Assembly (NCBI GenBank): GCA_044228445.1
Contig: JBGAUV010000002.1
Location: 140,600-204,599, forward strand
From: Minisyncoccia bacterium
GTDB lineage: Bacteria > Patescibacteriota > Minisyncoccia > Phycocordibacterales > PALSA-1337
DNA: 64,000 nt
Reading direction: 5' to 3'
Below, piece by piece: positions 58,639-64,000 of this stretch. The notes below the pieces were generated by a model. That model had not been told where the DNA came from and ran no database searches. It saw only the letters and a program-made list of their open reading frames with translations. Each line of letters starts with the position of its first letter. Within the stretch, counting starts at the first letter, position 1. The translations under genes and the position numbers were made by a program.

Positions 58639-59575
58639 TATATGTCTCAGCATAGTGCACTTTTCCATCCTTATCTGTCAAGAAGAAGAAATATTTAGTA
58701 GGTAAAGGATTCAATGTTGCTTCAATTGATTCAAGTCCAGGGTTTGATATTGGTGTTGGTGGTAATCCTTTATGTTTATATAGGTTATATGGTGAATCCA
58801 TAGCTAGATCAGATAAGGTTATTTCTGCGCTAGTTTTATTTAATATATACCAGAATGGAGTATCGAATTGTAAAAACATATTTTTATCCATTCTATTCTT
58901 TATTATTCCTGCAACAATTCTTTTATCCTGATAATCACGAACCTCTTTTTCTATAAGTGAAGCAATCGTGATTACTTTTTTTATACCATCCTCAGAAAGT
59001 TTATATTTATCTAAAATAGGTTTCGCTTTTTTATTAAAATTATCTTGCATAACTTTTATAACTTCCCTTGCACCCACATTTTCATAAAATATATAAGTAT
59101 CTGGTAATAAATATCCTTCATATGGTTTTGCTAAAGCAACAAAACCTGGTGCATTAAAATTTGGAATTGATTTTAATATTGTTAAAGCCATATCTGATGC
59201 TGTACTACCTTCATATATAACTATTTTAACTTTGGAAAAACCAAACCTTCCTTCTGATAATCTACTAGCAATAGTAAATAAATTTTGTGGATAGTTGAAT
59301 CTATATTCACCTGAAAGAATCTTACCCTTTTGACCTAGTATCATAACTGCAAGTTTTAACATAAAAGGAGAGCGAATTATTTTTTGTTCAAACAATGTTT
59401 CACTTAGTTCAGATATACCTACACCTTGTTTTACTTCTATATCAATTTTCTTAGGGAAATTTTCTGGGGGTCTAGAAAAATACATTACAAAACCACCAAT
59501 TACTATTAAAAGTAAAATTGAAACTATAGATTTAATATACTTTTTAATGTCCTGATTCATCTTTATATTAAACAT
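58598..59575 (-). CDS. mltG: endolytic transglycosylase MltG
   Basis: EGYLLPDTY, IASLIEKE, SPYNLY, GLPPTPISNPG. Confidence 0.95.
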   Translation of the reverse strand: MFNIKMNQDIKKYIKSIVSILLLIVIGGFVMYFSRPPENFPKKIDIEVKQGVGISELSETLFEQKIIRSPFMLKLAVMILGQKGKILSGEYRFNYPQNLFTIASRLSEGRFGFSKVKIVIYEGSTASDMALTILKSIPNFNAPGFVALAKPYEGYLLPDTYIFYENVGAREVIKVMQDNFNKKAKPILDKYKLSEDGIKKVITIASLIEKEVRDYQDKRIVAGIIKNRMDKNMFLQFDTPFWYILNKTSAEITLSDLAMDSPYNLYKHKGLPPTPISNPGLESIEATLNPLPTKYFFFLTDKDGKVHYAETYNEHLKNRTKYVEP

Positions 59576-59584
59576 ATAGGTATT

Positions 59585-60841
59585 TTATATAGGTAGATTT
59601 GATGGTGCTTCCCCTTTCTTTGAAGGAACTCTGTCTAGTGTTGGAGTACCTGCAACCTGTCCTGGGAAATGATATACCGTTGCCAATTCCTCACTATTTA
59701 AAATTACAAACTTACTTGTCCAAGGTGCATGAAAGAAACATCTTCTTTTATATGCATCAAGAACATTTGCTCCATGCTTATCTCTTTTTTTATTTGCTGG
59801 ATCTTCCCATGGAACTCCTTTCATCTTTGGGTGCCATTTTTCACCATTAGTCTTGAAACCATTTAAATGTTCAGAACCGAAATGTTTGAAGCCAGCATTT
59901 ATACCTCCAGAACCAAATGGTGGGTTAAATTTATCTTTTTTATCTATATATAAAGCACGTATACCAACTTCAAAAGGGGTTTTTGATATACTTCTTTCAA
60001 GTGCATATACAATCTCTTTTTCTCCCTCAGTAATACTTAATGTTTGTCCTTTACCATCCTTATCCTTTCCTGCAATTTTTGTTTTTGAGTCTCTGATTAA
60101 AATATCATTAATTTCTTTTTTTGCTTCATCTTTCCAAGCATCTGTTTCACCAAATAAAGTTCCTGGTTTATGATCATCACCCTTATGTCCTCTTACGACA
60201 AACTGTATCCATATTTGTTGTTCTGGACCGAGACTTCCTAAAAATTCAATAAATGGAACAAGTGGGTCAACTTTATATTCTTCTTTTGGATCTTTATCAA
60301 GACCATAGTCAACATAGGTTTTTATTGGATAAGCATTCTTTTTTGTAAAAATAAACTCTCCTCCCCAAATTCTCCAAACTTTTGGATCAAATACGAAGGG
60401 TTTGGTATAGTCTTCTGCTTCTGTAATTTCTATTCCAGGAAATTGAGAATATAGCGCAGACATTAGATTGGATTTTCTCCTGTCTTCTGTTCTTATAAAA
60501 AATTTTACTCTTCCACCTAGCGATACTAATTCAAGAGAGTATTCAGGTCTCAATTCACCCTTCCACCATCTGCTAAATTTATTTCCATCTGAAGCATTGT
60601 ATATAGAATTTAAAAATACCTCCATTGCTAATGGTGATTTGAATATATCTTTTGGTAGTCTTATTTCAAGTAATGTGTATTTCAGATTTAAAATAAAGCT
60701 TGATTGAATATAGTCTAACCAAAGTGGCCAGAATACAATCCAAAGTATATAAGTAAGAACTAATGGAGACAGATAAATTATTATACTTATAACAGTTGGA
60801 AATATTTCTACTAAAAATGAATTATATAGAGATTCGAACAT
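59585..60841 (-). CDS. membrane-anchored hypothetical protein (CPR-type)
   Basis: N-terminal TM; LLEIRLP, YSLELVS, YSQFPGIEI, YPIKTY, LNSEELATVYHFP. Confidence 0.75.
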   Translation of the reverse strand: MFESLYNSFLVEIFPTVISIIIYLSPLVLTYILWIVFWPLWLDYIQSSFILNLKYTLLEIRLPKDIFKSPLAMEVFLNSIYNASDGNKFSRWWKGELRPEYSLELVSLGGRVKFFIRTEDRRKSNLMSALYSQFPGIEITEAEDYTKPFVFDPKVWRIWGGEFIFTKKNAYPIKTYVDYGLDKDPKEEYKVDPLVPFIEFLGSLGPEQQIWIQFVVRGHKGDDHKPGTLFGETDAWKDEAKKEINDILIRDSKTKIAGKDKDGKGQTLSITEGEKEIVYALERSISKTPFEVGIRALYIDKKDKFNPPFGSGGINAGFKHFGSEHLNGFKTNGEKWHPKMKGVPWEDPANKKRDKHGANVLDAYKRRCFFHAPWTSKFVILNSEELATVYHFPGQVAGTPTLDRVPSKKGEAPSNLPI

Positions 60842-60885
60842 ATATAGGTAAATTTATTACCCATATATTGTAACATCAAAGTATA

Positions 60886-61917
60886 TTAACCAACAATAGA
60901 ATACTTACCGTCTTTATCTTTTTTAAAATGCTTTTGGTTTTGGAGATTAACCATAATTGTATTGTCCTTTACATATCTTTCCTTCAGAACTTTCGCAATT
61001 ATTTCTTCTTTTGTAAGAGGACCATTCTTTTCTATAATTTTCTTTATAACATCTCTAACAACACCTGACATATAGCCCCATTCCTTAAGAGCATAAAGTC
61101 CTCTACCTACTAGTACAAAACGAGGATCTTTTATAAGTTCATTATGAGTTGTAGCAACATGAGCTTTCTTTTTGAAAACTTGAGTAATTTGTTTTGCAAC
61201 TTCACGGAAATGTATTGGAGAACCATGTTTCCTTATAACTAGGAAAGCATAATCTCTCATACCTTTTGTTTTTACATTTGGAGAATGAGAAACACCCCAT
61301 TCACCTATTGCATTTTTGCCAATAGCCTTTGATATTGAAAGCCATCTCTTCATTACTTCTTGATTTTTATATTTTTCTGAGACCTCACCTAGATGAGATA
61401 TGAACTTTGATATCATTTCTGATTCTGGTAATAGATCTTCATTTGTTAGGCTTGAGTATAGCTTCTTTAGAGATTCTTCAACTTGTCTTGCTACAGCTTC
61501 ATTTACATGTAAACGATGTTTGAAATGTTCATCTTCTTTTCTTTTCTTAAATGAATCACCAATAACCAAGATAAAGTTTACACTATTTTGTAGTGATGTA
61601 TCTTTTGAAACTGAACCAAGGAAATCTTCCTCAACAACAATTCCTCCTAGTGTATGTATTAAACCTTCAAGCTCATCAGATATAGCTTTTTCTGCTTTAT
61701 AAGCATCTGACTTTCTTATATTTTGTATAGCATAGTTTTCGATCTGACGAACACGTTCACGTGTAATACCATATATTTTACCAATAGCATCTAGAGTCAT
61801 CTTTGTAGTGCTAGTTCCTAGTCCATAACGCTTTATAATTACGTCTTTAGCTCTCTCAGGGAGAACTGATAGTAAACGCTTAACAGATTGCTTTGGTTTA
61901 AATGTTATATTTGCCAT
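60886..61917 (-). CDS. sigma-70 region 4 / HARE-HTH (RNAP delta-like) domain protein
   Basis: TLDAIGKIYGITRERVRQIE; PIHFREV...THNELIKDPRFVLVGRGLYAL. Confidence 0.85.
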   Translation of the reverse strand: MANITFKPKQSVKRLLSVLPERAKDVIIKRYGLGTSTTKMTLDAIGKIYGITRERVRQIENYAIQNIRKSDAYKAEKAISDELEGLIHTLGGIVVEEDFLGSVSKDTSLQNSVNFILVIGDSFKKRKEDEHFKHRLHVNEAVARQVEESLKKLYSSLTNEDLLPESEMISKFISHLGEVSEKYKNQEVMKRWLSISKAIGKNAIGEWGVSHSPNVKTKGMRDYAFLVIRKHGSPIHFREVAKQITQVFKKKAHVATTHNELIKDPRFVLVGRGLYALKEWGYMSGVVRDVIKKIIEKNGPLTKEEIIAKVLKERYVKDNTIMVNLQNQKHFKKDKDGKYSIVG

Positions 61918-62003
61918 ACTTTTAATTTGTTTGTTGATTAATTTATATCATTAGCTTGTAAATAAGTCAAACTTAACGAAAATGTATGAATTTTTACATT
62001 AAA

Positions 62004-64000
62004 TTAAACAACAATATTAATTAATCTATCTTTAACGATAATTACCTTTTTAATTTTATTTTGTTCAATGATTTTCTTTATTTCAGGCATATTTAAAGCC
62101 GTATTTTGAATATAATTATCATCCATACCCTTTGAAGTTTCAAAACTAGCTTTTATTTTTCCATTAACTTGAACAACAATTGTAATTTTATTTGAACTAG
62201 TTTTTGAAATATCTGCATTTGGCCAAATCTGTGTATGAATTGAAGCTTTATTACCTATTATTGACCATAGTTCTTCTGTAACATGTGGAATAAATGGAGA
62301 TAAAATCAAAATTAAATTTTCAAAAGTCTTTTTTGAAATTGCTTTTTCTTTTTCCAAATCATTTACAGCGATCATAAGTGAACTTACTGCCGTATTAAAT
62401 GACATATTTTCAATATCGTCACTTACTTTTTTAATAACTTTATTTATCGTTATTTCCGTACTTTCTGTATCTTTATACCCTTTTGTATAATTTATTTTAT
62501 CTTGCAATTTCCACACTCTCTCTATAAATCTTCTAGGACCAGCTATATTATCTGTTTCCCATGATATAGCTTGATCAAAAGGACCCATAAACATTTCATA
62601 TAGACGTAGAGTATCGGCACCAACATTGTTTACAATATCGTCTGGGTTCACAACATTGCCTCTTGATTTTGACATTTTTTCTCCTCCTCCTGCTAATATA
62701 AGTCCATGTGATGTTCTCTTTTGATAAGGTTCTTTTGTAGATACAACTCCTATATCAAATAAAAACTTATGCCAAAAACGAGAATACAATAAGTGAAGAG
62801 TTGTATGTTCCATACCACCATTGTACCAATCAACTGGAGTCCAATATTTTAGCTTTTCTTTATCAGAAAGTGCCTTTTTATTTTTTGGATCAGTATATCT
62901 CAAATAATACCAACTAGAACCCGCCCAGTTAGGCATTGTATCTGTTTCTCTTTTTGCTTTACTTTTACACTTTGGACATTTAACATTTACCCATTTTGTA
63001 ATAGCTGCAAGTGGTGATTCACCATTTTCTGTAGGTAAATAATTTTTAACTTTTGGAAGTTTTATTGGTAAATCCTTTTCTGGAACTGGTACTATTCCAC
63101 ATTTATTACAATGAATTACAGGAATAGGTTCACCCCAATATCTTTGTCTTGAGAATACCCAGTCTCTAAGTTTGAATTTATTTACCCAATTTCCTTTTAC
63201 ATATTTTGTAATATCTTTCTTAATATCCTCTGACTTTTTACCGTTAAAATCTTTTGAATTTATAAGGATACCGTTTCCTGTATATGCTTGAGATTTATTT
63301 GTAAATCTATGTAACCATATACTCATTTCAGCATGAGTCATTTTTTCTTCATTTACATCTTTTTCATTCATCCAAATAGTTTCGTGTGCATCACTTTCTT
63401 CAACTGAAACATCGTCTTTATCCTCATTTTCTAGAGTAAATAGAACAGCGGTTGTTAAAGATATTCTATTTTCACCTTTATGTGCAGCATAATATTCTGC
63501 CATAACTTGTCCTCCTAATATTCTGGGATCTTTTAAATTTTTATATCCTGTTTCCTCATAAACTTCTCTTTTTGCTGCAGTAATAACATCTTCTTTATCT
63601 TCAACACCTCCCATTGGAAAAGTTGTCCATGGATGTTTCTTCCATTTCAAACCAAGTATTCTGCCATTTTTAGGATTATAAACTATTGCATGAACATTTC
63701 TTCTTGTTACTGTTTTCTTTCCCTGAATAGGAGGATTTCTTTTATCTACTACATGTGGAATAACTACTTCTTTTATAGGTAGACCGTATTTATTTGCAAA
63801 TACATAATCTCTATCATCATGCGCTGGCACCGCCATAACAGCTCCAGTACCATAATCTCCAAGTACATAATCACTGATCCAAACTGGTATAGTTTCTCCA
63901 TTAGCTGGGTTTATTGCACTAATTCCTTTTATGCATACCCCTGTCTTTTCTTTATCAGCATTTGTTCTTTCTATTTCGTCTTTTGCTTTTGCTTGTGATA
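62004..64000 (-). CDS. leuS: leucine--tRNA ligase with inserted Nudix domain (5' end outside the window)
   Basis: YGTGAVMAVPAHD, LRDWVFSRQRYWGEP, GGMEHTTLHLLY, KMSKS; frame open to the window edge. Confidence 0.97.
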   Translation of the reverse strand, partial: SQAKAKDEIERTNADKEKTGVCIKGISAINPANGETIPVWISDYVLGDYGTGAVMAVPAHDDRDYVFANKYGLPIKEVVIPHVVDKRNPPIQGKKTVTRRNVHAIVYNPKNGRILGLKWKKHPWTTFPMGGVEDKEDVITAAKREVYEETGYKNLKDPRILGGQVMAEYYAAHKGENRISLTTAVLFTLENEDKDDVSVEESDAHETIWMNEKDVNEEKMTHAEMSIWLHRFTNKSQAYTGNGILINSKDFNGKKSEDIKKDITKYVKGNWVNKFKLRDWVFSRQRYWGEPIPVIHCNKCGIVPVPEKDLPIKLPKVKNYLPTENGESPLAAITKWVNVKCPKCKSKAKRETDTMPNWAGSSWYYLRYTDPKNKKALSDKEKLKYWTPVDWYNGGMEHTTLHLLYSRFWHKFLFDIGVVSTKEPYQKRTSHGLILAGGGEKMSKSRGNVVNPDDIVNNVGADTLRLYEMFMGPFDQAISWETDNIAGPRRFIERVWKLQDKINYTKGYKDTESTEITINKVIKKVSDDIENMSFNTAVSSLMIAVNDLEKEKAISKKTFENLILILSPFIPHVTEELWSIIGNKASIHTQIWPNADISKTSSNKITIVVQVNGKIKASFETSKGMDDNYIQNTALNMPEIKKIIEQNKIKKVIIVKDRLINIVV

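Noticed and set aside
1-64000. CRISPR array, rRNA, intact tRNA, IS transposase, and the many short antisense ORFs in the track
   Set aside because: No regularly spaced repeats, cloverleaf or transposase motifs were seen by eye; the short ORFs are shadows of well-supported genes

Overview
AT-rich bacterial chromosome segment whose gene content and order point to a Patescibacteria/CPR (Parcubacteria-like) genome. Core genes mostly lack Shine-Dalgarno sites, several aminoacyl-tRNA synthetases and L13 are shortened, and the FtsA-like/membrane pair and sigma4-HARE-HTH gene are typical of this group. Bases 1-6700 look like the right end of a genomic island ending in a tRNA 3'-end-like sequence. This part carries a phage-type thyX, an SAH-hydrolase-like gene, a B12-binding radical SAM gene, a nucleotidyltransferase, and a three-gene cassette of two paralogous small proteins plus a clan-CD (caspase-fold) protease. 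Bases 6.9-23 kb are accessory: orphan genes with their own promoters and terminators, an extra sigma-70 factor, a 1295-aa repeat surface protein, and an AT-rich acyltransferase/GNAT/7TM-histidine-kinase locus. The rest is mostly housekeeping: valS, cysS, gltX, alaS, leuS, dnaB, recR, the alpha operon, dnaK/dnaJ/grpE, murG, ftsW, scpAB, mnmA and mltG. The best leads are: (1) an unannotated, highly structured ~210-nt RNA with its own promoter between dnaK and dnaJ; (2) the caspase-like protease cassette; (3) a possible autoinducer-synthase/receptor module; (4) an RAP-motif leader ORF followed by a terminator-like hairpin upstream of dnaK; (5) a pepF frameshift at an A_AAA_AAG slippery site. All family assignments come from motif recognition only; no searches were run.
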